Shown here one piece after another: positions 39,891-52,799 of a DNA stretch of 64,000 bases; positions within the stretch are counted from its first letter, which is position 1; each line of letters opens with the position of its first letter. The notes beneath the pieces were generated by a model. That model was given only the letters and a program-made list of their open reading frames with translations. It was not told where the DNA came from and did no database searches. This DNA comes from Chiloscyllium plagiosum. Lineage: Eukaryota. The translations under genes and the position numbers were made by a program. Where the stretch lies: NCBI RefSeq assembly GCF_004010195.1, contig NC_057720.1:90351801-90415800 (forward strand), read 5' to 3'.

Positions 39891-40554
39891 CTATGTATAC
39901 TGCGAGTAATGAGGCCACTGGGAACATCAGGGAGCAGACTATCAGAGAGATGGAGCCACACTTCCCATGTCTGGACAGGTCAGAGTGAGCCCTCCAGTAC
40001 ACATGGTATCACTAAGTCCCGTAATCCCTCTCCATCTTTGTAATACACAGCCTGTTATTCTCCCTGAAAAAAAATCACAGGTTCACAGTTACCCACATTA
40101 TATTCAATTTACCAAGTTGTTGTCCATTACGTATCCATTTACAGATTCTCTACCTCCTCTTGATAACTTCAGTTTCTCTCAATTTTAGTGTCAGTTTAAA
40201 TTTAGTTAGAACATGTTTGTTCCATTTCTGGAATCCATTTATATAATTTGCAAATAGTTGAGGTCACAGCACTGGTCACTGTGTCACTGCAGTCGTCAAT
40301 TTGTGTTAAACTGATAGAGACTAATTTCTCCCTAATTTATTCCTGCTCCTGGCTCAGTAACCCGCCTTCCCGTATTCCTGTATAGCAGGTTTAAAGGACT
40401 GTAGCTTCCCTCCATTTCATGTGTGACAGGTATGAGAGATTAAAAGATCTGTTCCAATTGCTGATTAACAGCCTCCAATGGCCGAATGGCCTCATTCTGT
40501 TCCTGTTTAAAACTCTTGATTTTTTTTTAAGTGAACATGATGTCTGACATTTCA

Positions 40555-42820
40555 GGTTTTTTTTAGTGCCTATTTTTCCCCAGCATCCATGTTGTGTGTG
40601 TTCAGGTGTGAGACACAGTGAAAGACACAAGGTGCATGAATCTTTATTCAATTTCCACCACCAGGAAGAAAAGAAACACCCGAGTGGCCAGTGACAAGCA
40701 CTGCCCTTCACATCGAAGGGCAATGCTGTGTGATCAAACAGTGAAGGGGAGAGCAGGGACTAAATCAAAATAGAGTTGGAGAGGGAAATAATGCACTCCA
40801 CTCCCTGTAGCACCCACCTCTCCCTGAACAACTCCAGGGTGTTGGTCGACACCGCGTGCTCCTTCTCCAAACACACCCGGGCTCTAACATAACCGCAGAA
40901 GGGGGCAGGCAGTCGGCCCGAATGACCCCCTCCACGGACCACTGCCTGGACCTGTTTATGGCCAGTTTGGCCAGGCCCAGGAGCAGAGCCACAAGGAGAT
41001 GTTCAGACCTGCCCTCCCTCCTCTGTACCGGGTGCCCGAAGATCAGGAGCGTGGGACTGAAGTGCAACCAAAAGCAGAGGAGGAGGTTTTTATGAAAATC
41101 AAACCCACACCCAATATACACATTGTCCACGGACTCTACAGCGCCACAGAACAAGCGGTTGGGCTGGGAGTCCGTGAACCACCGCAATCTGCTGTTGTCG
41201 GGGACCGCTGCGTGCAGCACCCTCCACAAGATCCCCGAGAGAAAGGGGGAGGAGCCCCCGGAGAGAGCCCTCTACTGGGGATCCCCACCGCCCGGTGGCA
41301 AATGGGCACGCCAAGGCCCGCCTTTTAACATCCTTAAATTAAAATTCCAGAGGTAGCTCAGATTGTGGGGCACAGGCTGCCGCGGGAAGTACGGGGCCTT
41401 GGGGCCAATGTGAGATTCCGTCCGGGCTGGGGTGAGCGCGGACGGGATCCCACTGCACACCTGAGCATCCTTCAACTGGTGCACTACGTCGGGTCGGAGC
41501 AATGCCGTTTTAAGGCATCGGATGGCGGAGGCCACGTACCAGACATTGGCCGCTGCCCTGCTCGCTATGTCCTGCGGCAGCGTCCAGCCCAGGCCCCCAG
41601 CACCCAGCATGTCCCCGACCCTGGTCACCCTCACTGCCATGGCCCTCCCCTCCGACAGCCACTCGAACCCACGAGTACGGAGATGCGGATTCCTGAGCAA
41701 CGGCTCCCTGAAGACAGCTGCTACTCCTGCCAGAGGATAGGCGCAACGTGATTCGACCATGTTTCAGACAGTGATCACGTCCGGGTAAAAGACAGGCAGC
41801 GTCTTGACGGCGACCTCCACGATGAACAGGAGCTGCATGTCGTAGTTGAGGTTACGCACCTGGCGGAAAAGTTACGTTGCCAGAGCACACCACCTCGGAG
41901 GAGGCTCGACATAAAGTTATCGCTGCAAGGTCTGAAGGCGGAATGTCACGCCCACCAGCGACTGACCATCCTACTCAATAGGGAGACTCCAAACCTGCAC
42001 AGCGACCCAGTGTATCTTTTTGTCCCAGAAGAAGTCGACCAACGTTCTCTGGATGTCAGCGACAAAGTCAGGAGGAGGGACCAAAGTGACCAGCCGCTAC
42101 CACAGCATTGCGGCCACCAGCTGGTTTATGACCAGCACTCGACTCCTGTAAGATAGCACTCGGAGCAGTCCTGTCCAGTGGTCTAGGAGAGCCGAGACTT
42201 TGACCTCCAGCTCCTGTGTTGGCCAGCCAGGATTCCTCAGCCAGGCTGAGGTAGACCCCCAGGTAGAGGAATTGGGTGGTACTCCAGCTGAACCCCTGGA
42301 ACTCCTCCAGCAGAGAGTCCACCCGCCACGGACAGACCAGTATTCCGGAGCATTTGGCCCAGTTGATCCTGGCAGTCGCGCCTGGCCTGGCAGTCGCACA
42401 TCCTCCTCAGGTCAGCCGGGTCGGTGAAAATGGGGAGCACGTTGTAGGCCGAGAGGACCACCCCCGTGCCTGCGCCACGCAGAACCAGCCTCAACAACCT
42501 CCTCCGCAAGAGGCGCAGGAATAGCTCCACGCACAGGGAATACAGCTGGCTGGACAGGGGGCAGCCTTGACGCACTCGCCTCCTGAAGCGAAGGGGCGCC
42601 GTCAGGGACCCGTTAACTTTAACCAGACACTCTGTGGCGGTGTACAAAAGTCGGATCCGGGCGACGAACTGCGTCCTGAACCCGAATGCCCGCAGAGTCC
42701 CGAGCAGGTACTCGTGATTGACCCTGTGGAATGCCTTCTCCTGGTCGAGAGATAGGAAGGCGCTCGGCAGACCAGCCTGTCGACAGAAATGGATCAGGTC
42801 CTGGTGGATGTTGTCATTTA
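40555..42820 (-). mobile_element. Tx1-like L1-clade LINE, RT to 3' end, frameshifted
   Basis: CLVKVNGSLTAPLRF...VRQGCPLS, YLGV, GRVLVINQL-like, WRVLHAAV (zinc-knuckle region), ELFRERW; T-run marks the poly(A) end. Confidence 0.85.
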
Positions 42821-43644
42821 TAAAGCTCTAGATGGGCTGAATACCTTCAGTACAGGTGTAGTTGGGAATGGTGCAGAACGTTTTGGAACCATCAGTGAAC
42901 AGTCCACTTGTGACTTTATGATGGAGGGAAGGCCATTGATGCTGCAGCTACTGGTAGCCCACAGTGCCTCATGGATGGCCAGCTTCCATGTGCTCCGTCC
43001 TTCAGAAGTATGTCCTACTTCAGAGGAGGGAGAGCCACATAACACAATGGGCAGGGTCTTCAATAAGAGGCTGAGAGTTCCCCTCTACCAGGACTGTGTG
43101 CTGGCTGCTCCCACAGATATTGTCAGGGACAGATCCATCTGGGACAAGGGGTTTGGTGAGAATGTTTCCTTCTTGTTGGTTCCCCCATCACTTCTTCCAG
43201 TCTGGCTGCTGTGTATGTGAGGTCTCTCCCTGGTCAGTCAGGGGTGGGCCAGTGGGAACACTCTTGGTAATGGACATTGGAATCCCACACCCAGGGGTCA
43301 GTCTGTGTCCTTATCTCCCTCAGTACTTCCTCTGATTTGTTTTCAACATCGAGGGGAACTGAGTTATCACAGAGGAGCAGGTGAGGGGCAGGAGATATCC
43401 ATCCTCAGGCGATTTCCTTGACCATCCGTGGCCTGTTACCATAAGTCTTCCCAGGTTCTGGAATCAATGTTGGTGAATTACAGGGTAAATCCTTCCCTGA
43501 CTGTATCCCACACAGTCCCCACCGCTGGTGGGTCTGTCCTGCCGGTGGAACAGGATGTACCCAGGGATGGTGATGGGGCTTCATGAAACATGATCCATCA
43601 GGCCTGATCCCGTGAGTATGATGGTGTCAGACTGTTTCCTGATT

Positions 43645-43891
43645 GAGAGTGTGGTGCTGGAAAAGCACAGCATCGAGGAGCAGGGGAATGAATGTTTTGG
43701 GCATAGTCCCTTAATCAGGAATGAGGCTTGTGGGCTGGGGGGCTGAGAGATAAATGGGAGGGGGATAGGGCTGTGGCTGGGGGGAAGAAAAATGGGAATG
43801 TGATCGGAAGATGGAGGTGGGGGAGAAGTGATATGTCAGCGAGGAGAGTGGAGTGGATGGGGGAAAAGATGATGGAAAGGTCAAGGTGTTC
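43645..43891 (-). mobile_element. Penelope-type terminal repeat arm cut by the assembly gap
   Basis: gtggtgctggaaaagcacagc...aggaatgagg followed by a purine-rich tract as at 14430-14670. Confidence 0.65.
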
Positions 43892-44391
43892 NNNNNNNNN
43901 NNNNNNNNNNNNNNNNNNNNNNNNNNNNNNNNNNNNNNNNNNNNNNNNNNNNNNNNNNNNNNNNNNNNNNNNNNNNNNNNNNNNNNNNNNNNNNNNNNNN
44001 NNNNNNNNNNNNNNNNNNNNNNNNNNNNNNNNNNNNNNNNNNNNNNNNNNNNNNNNNNNNNNNNNNNNNNNNNNNNNNNNNNNNNNNNNNNNNNNNNNNN
44101 NNNNNNNNNNNNNNNNNNNNNNNNNNNNNNNNNNNNNNNNNNNNNNNNNNNNNNNNNNNNNNNNNNNNNNNNNNNNNNNNNNNNNNNNNNNNNNNNNNNN
44201 NNNNNNNNNNNNNNNNNNNNNNNNNNNNNNNNNNNNNNNNNNNNNNNNNNNNNNNNNNNNNNNNNNNNNNNNNNNNNNNNNNNNNNNNNNNNNNNNNNNN
44301 NNNNNNNNNNNNNNNNNNNNNNNNNNNNNNNNNNNNNNNNNNNNNNNNNNNNNNNNNNNNNNNNNNNNNNNNNNNNNNNNNNNNNNNNNNN
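43892..44391. other. 500-N scaffolding gap
   Basis: Exactly 500 N. Confidence 0.99.
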
Positions 44392-44482
44392 AGCTACCTT
44401 TTTGAAGGCCTGCCATCTTGCTTGGCTAATTATTATTGATCTTTCTTAAGAAGCTTTATTACAACCAAATGGCTTCTCAGTC

Positions 44483-44700
44483 GAGACTGTAGTGCTGGAA
44501 AAGTACAGCAGGTCAGGCAGCATCTGAGGAGCAATAGAATCGACATTTCGGGAAAAAGGCCTTCATTAGGATACCTGATGCAGGGGTTATGCCTGGAATG
44601 TTGATTTTCCTGCTCCTCAGATGCTGCCTGACCTGCTGTGCTTTTCCAGCACCGCACTCCCAACTCTGATCTCCAGGACTTGCAGCCCTCACTTTCTCCT
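44483..44700. mobile_element. Fold-back Penelope-derived element, degenerate
   Basis: Inverted arms plus ...cctcactttctcc tail; imperfect flanking duplication atggcttctcagtc / atgggtttcttagtc. Confidence 0.75.
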
Positions 44701-46769
44701 GATGGGTTTCTTAGTCAGGTTCGGCACAGGAAAGAAACCATCGCCTTATTGTTGAACAGGTAGGGCAGGCCAGGTAGGAAGTTCAGATGTCCTCCTCTGA
44801 AGGACAATACTGAACCATGTAACATACTTCATAACTTTGGTAGGTCTATGATTATTGTTCATTACTCCAGCATTTTCATTTCATATTCTTTCATTAATTG
44901 AAGCTACCATGGTAGGGATTGATTCTGGAACTTTACTCCAAACCTTTCGATTGCTTATTACATACTCATAATGCGTCCTCAACCACTTTATCAAACTGTC
45001 ATATTAGCTTCAATGATTTTTTTTATTTACTCATGGAACACGGTGGTTGCTTTTAGTTATCTGTAAGTGTCCTTCAGAAGATGGCAGTAAGCTGCCTTTC
45101 TGAAATAACATGTTCCAAAATGCCCTAAGGAAGGCAATTCCAGATGTCACATTGGCTTTCCTTCTCATTAATTGCAAAATCAAACATTTTTCACCTCATC
45201 TTTGAACTTACTGATCAAAATTGCTAGATCGTTCATATACACTGCAAACAGCAAAGGATCCAGCACCAAGTCTTAGAGTAAGCCACTGGACACAAGATGT
45301 CTTCACAAAGACTACCTTCGACCATTACCAAATAAACATTCAAAGCATTTGCCAAACTACAACAGATCCCATGAACACATACCTTATTCAAGGTGAAAGA
45401 TCTTTTCAATAACCTGGTTTGATGTCAATAAGCATTACATCCATTTTTTTACACTCAATGACACATCTCATTGCCTGTTCAGAAAACAGTATCAGCCATG
45501 TCCGATATGATATCACTTCCACCAAAGCCATGCTGAATTTTATTGCTTAAACCTTACAATTTCAACTTTTAATCAATGTTGTCTCTTAGATTTATTTACT
45601 AACTTCCCTCAAGCTTTCTACTTTTAAACATACGTTTATGAGCAAAACTACATATTGTCATTTTGCTCCTTTCGCCCGGTGATAACTCTTTTTATCTCAT
45701 TGACAGATAATTTACTCTAGCTGAAATAATCTTGTGTCTCTTCTGCTTCATTCTGGAAAATGGGAATGGAATTGAATACAATGTTTAGACCAACAACAAT
45801 CTGTCTGTTTGTTCTTGATGCTGTCAGTGCGTGTTCACCCTCAGAGGCAGGAAGACTATTTGTGCTGATAATACAGAAAGTAGTGTCTGGTTCATCATTC
45901 TCAGCTGGCACACAACTTCCTGTTTCTATGTGCCAGCAGCAAGCCATACATCTCACTTCTGATCAGAAAATACACCCACGGGACGCAATCTGATGGAAAC
46001 ATCTGCCAAAATTGCCTATATCAGGACACAGAGTGTGAAGCGATTACATTGACATCACATTTGTAAATCGACCTTTCAATCTCTGTTTCACGGTCTGATT
46101 CCTGGACATCATTGGACGTGTCTCTCGACCATGTAACAAGCTCATTCGATTCACTAACGTCTGGGACATATCGACTGCACCTTTTCATGTCTTTGATCAT
46201 GTACTGCTTGTTACTCTCTCTTCAGATTTAATGTTCCTGGTTTTAGATTCTGTCTTCTGTATCCATCACCTCCCCAGCTGAATACATTCTGTTTGATCTA
46301 TTTCCTAGATTTTGATCAACGTAAACAAATAATACAGTTTTGTACAGACAGGTATGTCGGTGTGTCAGATTAACAGAATCAATATATGGAGAGATCACCT
46401 TGGCTGTATCTAATTCTGACCGACATTGAATTCAAATAAAGCACAGCACTGTATGGTTTCAAAGTTTGCAAATCCTCTCCCTTTGAAAGAGCTTGTTCTA
46501 ACGGATAATTATTTTCTTGATTCTATCAGAAACTATGACTAAAAATCCCTATTTTAACAAAGTTTCAAATATTATTAAAAGTTGCAACACTGGCATTTCC
46601 TACAGTGAGCTTTGTGGTGTTTAAATGTTCTGATCAAAAAGAAGACTTAAACATTGGTTTCTCCGAGTGCCCAGCCGTTGCCCTTGCAGTTCCATAATAA
46701 CTGCAAGCTATTGATAAGCCCCAGAATGAACAGAATGTCCAGGTTCTGTAAACATCCAAACACCATGAT

Positions 46770-47810
46770 GTAGGCCTTGAAGCTCTCCGTTTCCTCCTGT
46801 CACGCCAACCCAAGCAGTACCCTTCCACTCACACTCTCATTCATTTGGCTGAACTGCTCAACCCTCAACTACATTTCCTTCCAATCCTCCTACTTCCTCC
46901 AAAGAAAAGGGGTGCCATGGACACCTGTATGGACCCCAGCTATGCCTGCCTCTTCGTCAGATATATGGAACAGTCAATCATCCACAGCTACACCGGTATC
47001 ATTGCCCACGTTTACCTCTGCTACATTGATGTCTGTATCAATGTCACCTCATGCTACCACTAGGAGGTTGGACAGTTCATTAACTTCACTAAAACCTTCC
47101 ACCCTGATCTAAACTTCACAGGGACCATCTCAGACACCTCTGTCCCTTTCCTAGACCTCTCCACCTCAATCTTCAGTGACTGACTAAACATATACTGCAA
47201 GTCCACTGACTCCCACAGCTACCTGGACTACACCTCCTCCCACCCGACCTCCTGTAAAAATGCCATCCCTTTTTGTCAATTCCTCTGCCTCCACTGCATC
47301 TGCTCCCAGGAGGACCAGTTCCACCTTAAAACATCCCAGATAATCTCCTTTTTCAAAGACAGCAATTTCCACCCCCACGTGGTTGACGATGCACTTGAAC
47401 CCCACCCCTACAATTGCAACAGGGAGCCCTCCTGGTCCTCACCTTCCACCGCACCAACCTTGTCCCTCCGCGACTCCCTCGTCAGGCCCATGCCCCTCCA
47501 TCAGCCCACTCCCCACCCCTGTCACCTTCCCCTGCCACCACAGGAAGTGCAGAACCTGCGCCCACACCTCCCCCCCTCACCTCCGACAAAGCCCCAGATG
47601 ATCCTTCCACATCCCAGAGAAATTTACCTATACGTCCACAAATGTCATCCACTGTGTCTGTTCCACCTGATGTGGTCTCCTCTACATCAGGGAGACAGAA
47701 CACTTACTTGCGGATCATTTCAGAGAACATCTCTGGGACACCCGCGCCAACCAACCCCACGGCCCCGTGGCTGAACACTTTAACTCCCTCTCCCACTCCA
47801 CCAAGAACAG
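46770..47810 (+). mobile_element. Decayed Penelope-like RT plus GIY-YIG
   Basis: GAMDTCMDPSYACLFVRYMEQS (G.AMG..M.PSYA motif), YIDV, PFLDL, YTSSHP and CGLLYI.ET remnants. Confidence 0.85.
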
Positions 47811-47901
47811 GATGGTCATATTCTGTTCATTTCCAAAGAATAAATACAAACTAACCGAGCCTGAATTTGGGATGATATTAACAGGAAGGGGAAGCCCTAA
47901 A

Positions 47902-49494
47902 TTAGTTTTTTGATTCTGTCTTTACAAAAGAAACGAACTTTGTAGTGAATGAAACCTTTGAAGAGCAGGTGTGCATGCTGGAATGGATAGAGATAGAGGA
48001 AGCTGATGGGCTGAAAATTTTGTCAAACATTAAGATTGACAAGTCGCCAGGCCCGGATAAGATTTGTCCTCGGCTGCTTTGGGAAACGAGAAATGCAATT
48101 GCTTCGCCGCTTGTGAAGAACTTTGCATCCTCGCTCTCCACTGGAGTTGTACCTGAGGACTGGAGAGAGGCAAATGTAATTCCTCTCTTCAAGAAAGGAA
48201 ATAGTGAAATCCCGGCAATTACAGACTAGTAAGTCCCACATCAGTCATCTGCAAGGTGTTAGAAAGGATTCTGAGGGATAGGATTTATGACCATCTGGAA
48301 GAGCATGGCTTGATTAAATGCAGTCAACACGCCTTTGTGAGGTGCAGGTCATGCCTCACAAACCTTATCGAGTTCTTTGAGGATGTGACAAGAAAAGTTG
48401 ATGAGGGTCGAGCTGTGGATGTGGTGTATATGGCATTTATTAAGGTTCCCCATGGTAGGCTCATTCAGAAGGTCAGGAGGAATGGGATACAGGGGAACTT
48501 AGCTGTATGGATACCGAATTGGCTGGCCAACAGAAGACAGCGAGTGGTAGTAGAAGGAAAATATTCTGCCTGGAAGTGGTGAGTGGTGTTCCACAGTGGT
48601 GTCCTTGGGCCTCTACTGTTTGTAATTTTTGTAATGACTTGGATGAGGGTATTGAAGGATGGGTCAGCAAGTTTGCAGACAACAAAAATTGTTGGAGGTG
48701 TCGTTGACAGCTGTTGTAGGCTGCAGCGGGACATTGACAGGTTGCAGAGATCGGCTGAGAGGTGGCAGTTGGAGTTCAACCTGGATAAATGCGAGATGAT
48801 TCATTTTGGAAGGTCGAATTTGAAAGCTGAGTACAGGATTAAGGATAGGATTCTTGGCAGTGTGGAGGAACAGAGGGATCTTGGTGTGCAAGTACATAGA
48901 TCCCTTAAAATGGCCACCCGAGTGGACAGTGTTGTTAAGAAAGCATACGGTGTTTTGTCTTTCATTAACAGGGGGATTGAGTTTAAGAGTCATGAGATCT
49001 TGTTGCAGCTCTATAAAACATTGGTTAGACCACACTTGGAATACTGTGTCCAGTTCTGTTCGCCCTATTACAGTAAAAATGTGGATGCTTTGGAGAGGGT
49101 TCAGAGGCGATTTACAAGGATGTGCCTGGACTGGAGGGTTTATCTTATGAAGAGAAGTTGACTGAGCCTGGACGTTTTTCTTTAGAGAAAAGGAGGAGGA
49201 GGAGAGGGGACCTAATTGAGATATACAAGATAATGAGAGGCATAGATAGAGTCGATAGCCAGAGACGGAGGAAAGTATAGAGGGGATGTCAGAGGAGGGT
49301 TCTTTACACAGAGAGTTGTGAGAGCATGGAATGCGTTGCCAGCAGCAGTTGTGGAAGCAAGGTCACTGGGGATATTTAAGAGACTACTGGACATGCATAT
49401 GTCACAGAATGTGAGGGTGCATACATGAGGATCAGTGGTTGGCACAACATCGTGGGCTGAAGGGCCTGTTCTGTGCTGTATTGTTCTATGTTCT
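47902..49494 (+). mobile_element. CR1-type LINE (HER1-like), RT and 3' end
   Basis: KSPGPD, WREANVIPLFKKG, SCLTNLIEFFEDVT, KFAD, RPHLEYCVQF; ends in (ttctatg)n. Confidence 0.93.
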
Positions 49495-49969
49495 ATCACT
49501 ATGGCTCTTCCTTGAGGCCAAAAAAAATTGACACTTTGATCAATGATTTCTAAAATTTGCTCGCATATCTGTTGTGAAGGACATTTTCAAATAACTTGAA
49601 GTGCAAATGGTTGACATCAATCGGAATACAGTAACATTTCATGTCTTACCCCACACAAAAAAATCAAGCAAGTTTGTTGTCACGAGTTGCTCTAAGCAAG
49701 TCTATGATGGACTGTTTTATCAAACAAAATCATTTCCAGTGTTGTGAGGGCTCGTCTATCTTCTGTGCAATGGTCTGAATTATGTGATTGACTGCAGATG
49801 AAACTGGCTGCTCTGGATAAAAGTACAGTTTGTGCCTTTCACATTGTTAATGTATATTGCTGACTTTAATTGAATAAAGTGATGTTGTCCCAGGCATTGT
49901 CTGGCACCATTAACTAGACCATTAATTTCCACATCACTAGCCGGAGTGTCAGGTGGAGTTTATTGATAT
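49494..49969 (+). repeat. Left arm of ~480-bp inverted duplication (partner 52314-52799)
   Basis: ccattaatttccacatcactagccggagtgtcaggtggagtttatt is the exact reverse complement of part of the right arm, and similarity continues across the arm. Confidence 0.9.
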
Positions 49970-50277
49970 CATTGAAACGAAGGCTTGGAATATTTCCAGT
50001 ATGAATCATGTGAATTAGAGCCTCAGAACGAGACAAAGTAGGAAAGATGAATTTAGAGTAGTAGAAAGTTTTCACGACAGAGAGAGATCACTTCAGCCAT
50101 CGCACCTGTATCACGTGAAAACAGAGCCTTCCAGCCAACATCCACTTCATAGCATGTTGTCCATAATCCTGGAGGTGATAGCACTTGAAGTAAACATTCG
50201 GGAACATTGTGTAGGGTATAATCTATTATTAACATAGATATGATCTCCAATGCTGTAAATCCTGGATTTTGGGGGAA

Positions 50278-51535
50278 ATGTCAGCACAGTTTTGTGAAGG
50301 GTAGGTCGTGCCTAACGAATCCTGTTGACTTTTTTGACAAAGTGACCAAACAGGTAGATGAGAGTAAACCGGTTGATGTGGTGTATATGGATTTCAGCAA
50401 GGCGTTCAATAAGTTTCCCCACAGTAGGCTATTATACAAAATGCTGAGGAATGGGATTGTGGGAACCATAGCAGTTTGAATCAGTAATTGGCTTGCTGAC
50501 AGAAAACAGAGGGTTGTAGTTGATGGAACATGTTTATCTTGGTATCCAGTTACTAGCGATGTACCGCAAGGGTCGGTATTGGGTCCACTGTTGTTCGTCA
50601 TTTTTATAAATGACCTGGATGAGGGATGAGAAGGGTGGGTTAGTAAATTTGCGGACAACACTAAGTTCAGTGGAGTTGTGGATAGTGATGTAGGTTGTAG
50701 TAGGTTGCAGAGAGACATAGATAGGATGCAGAGCTGGGCTGAGAGGCGGCAAATGGAGTTTAATGTGGAGGTGATACACTTTGGACGGAGTAATTGGAAT
50801 GCAAAATACTGGGCGAATGGTAAGATTCTTGGGAGTGCAGATGAGCAGCGAGATCTCGGTATCCATGTACACAGATCCCTGAAAGTTGCCACCCAGATTG
50901 ACAGGGTTGTTAAGAAGGCAATAAGTGTTTTGGCCTTTATTAATAGAGGGATTGAGTTCCGGAACCAGGAGGTTATGCTGCAGCTGTACAAAGCTCTGGT
51001 ATGGCCACACTTGGAGTATTGTGTACAGTTCTGGTCACTGCATTATAAGAAGGATGTGGAAGCTTTGGAAAGGGTGCAGAGGAGATTTACTAGGATGTTG
51101 CCTGGTATGGAAGGAATATCTTACGAGGAAAGGCTGAGGGCCTTGAGGCTGTTCTCGTTAGAGAGAAGAAGGTTCAGAGGTGACTTAATAGAGATATATA
51201 AGATAATCAGAGGGTTAGATAGGGTGGACAGGGAGAGCCTTTTTCCAAGCATGGGAACGGCAAACACGAGGGGACACGACTTTAAAGTGAGGGGAGATAG
51301 GTATAAGACAGATGTCAAAGGTAGTTTCTTTGCTCAGAGAGTACTAAGGATGTGGAATGCTTTGCCTGCAACGGCAGTGGATTCGCCAAGTTTAAGTGCA
51401 TTTAAGTCGTCATTGGACAGGCAAATGGACGTACATGGAATATTGTAGGTGGGATGGGCTTCAGATTAGTATGACAGGGCGGCGCAATATCGAGGGCTGA
51501 AGGGCCTGTACTGTGCTGTAATGTTCTATGTTCTA
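50278..51535 (+). mobile_element. CR1-type LINE (HER1-like), 5'-truncated
   Basis: QHSFVKGRSCLTN, DFSKAF, KFADN and a 256-aa open C-terminal stretch; ends in (ttctatg)n. Confidence 0.93.
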
Positions 51536-52313
51536 AGTAGGGGCAGAACTGTATAAATATTCAAACAGTTGGTGCAGCCCGGAGGAGCTGATAGGCCCAT
51601 TTCTAAACGCTGTTTCTCAGGACATTTTGACTATTCTTGACTTAATATCATTATAAACTGACATGGAAAAATGCAAACATGTTCCCCAGAAATGCTGTCA
51701 GCAATATACTTTTATTCAGCCAAGATCAGTAACATGAATTAAGAAAGTTTAAAGAAAAACTTTCTTTTAACTAATTATTGACAACATGGATTTCACAAAG
51801 TGCAAAGTACGGGAGGGAAGGGTGGGGGGTGGGGTTGGGTGATGTTCACTATTCCCTGATGTCTGGTTGCGTTTGTGAGCAACAGGTAAACCTGTGAACC
51901 AGATTCAGGATGCCACTGCAGGTATTTCAGCAGATACTGTGTACACGGCATTCTCCTATAAATCAGCAATGTCATGAACATTTATTTTTTATGGTGTTTG
52001 AAGCCGAATAAAATTGAACAATATGTTGGCACAACTTGCTTTCATTTCTTTGAACTAGTATCAAGGGACGCTCTCTGTGGACCAGGGGTGGCAGGAGGAT
52101 CTTTAACAGCAGAATGTGAGGGAACAGAATCACGGTTGGAAATCCAGATAGACTGGAACTTTTTTTCACTGGAGGGGGAGAGTTCGCGGGGCGGGGTGGG
52201 GGGGGGGGGGTGACCTCATATAAGTTTATAAAGCCCTGAGTGGAAAGGTGAATGGCTCTAATTGACATGATTCATACTGGAAATGTACGAAGCTTTTGTT
52301 TCAAAAATATCAC

Positions 52314-52799
52314 ATATTAATAAACTCCACCTGACACTCCGGCTAGTGATGTGGAAATTAATGGTCTAATTAATGGTGCCAGATGATGCCTGGGACAACA
52401 TCTTTTATTCAACTAAAGTCAGCAGTTTCCATTAACAATGTGAAAGGCACAAACAGTACTTTTACCCAGATCAGCCAGTTTCATCTGCAGTCAGACACAA
52501 CTTAAAATTCAGACCATTGCACAAAAGATAGACGAACCCTCACAACATTGGAAATGATTTTGTTTGATAAAAGAATCCATCGTCGACTTCCTCAGAGCAA
52601 CTCGTGTCAACAAACGTGCTTGTTTCTTTTGTGTGGGGTAACACATGAAATGTTACTTTAATCCGATTGATGTGAATCATTTGCACTTCAGAGGTTATTT
52701 GAAAACATCCTTCACAACAGATATGTGAGTAAATTTTAGAAATCATTGATCAAAGAGGGCAATCTTTTTTTTTAACTCAATGATGATCCATAGTGATAT
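52314..52799 (-). repeat. Right arm of ~480-bp inverted duplication
   Basis: Reverse complement of 49494-49969 with scattered substitutions and small indels. Confidence 0.9.

Noticed and set aside
43715-44449. ORFs of 198-233 aa
   Set aside because: They consist mostly of the 500-N gap.
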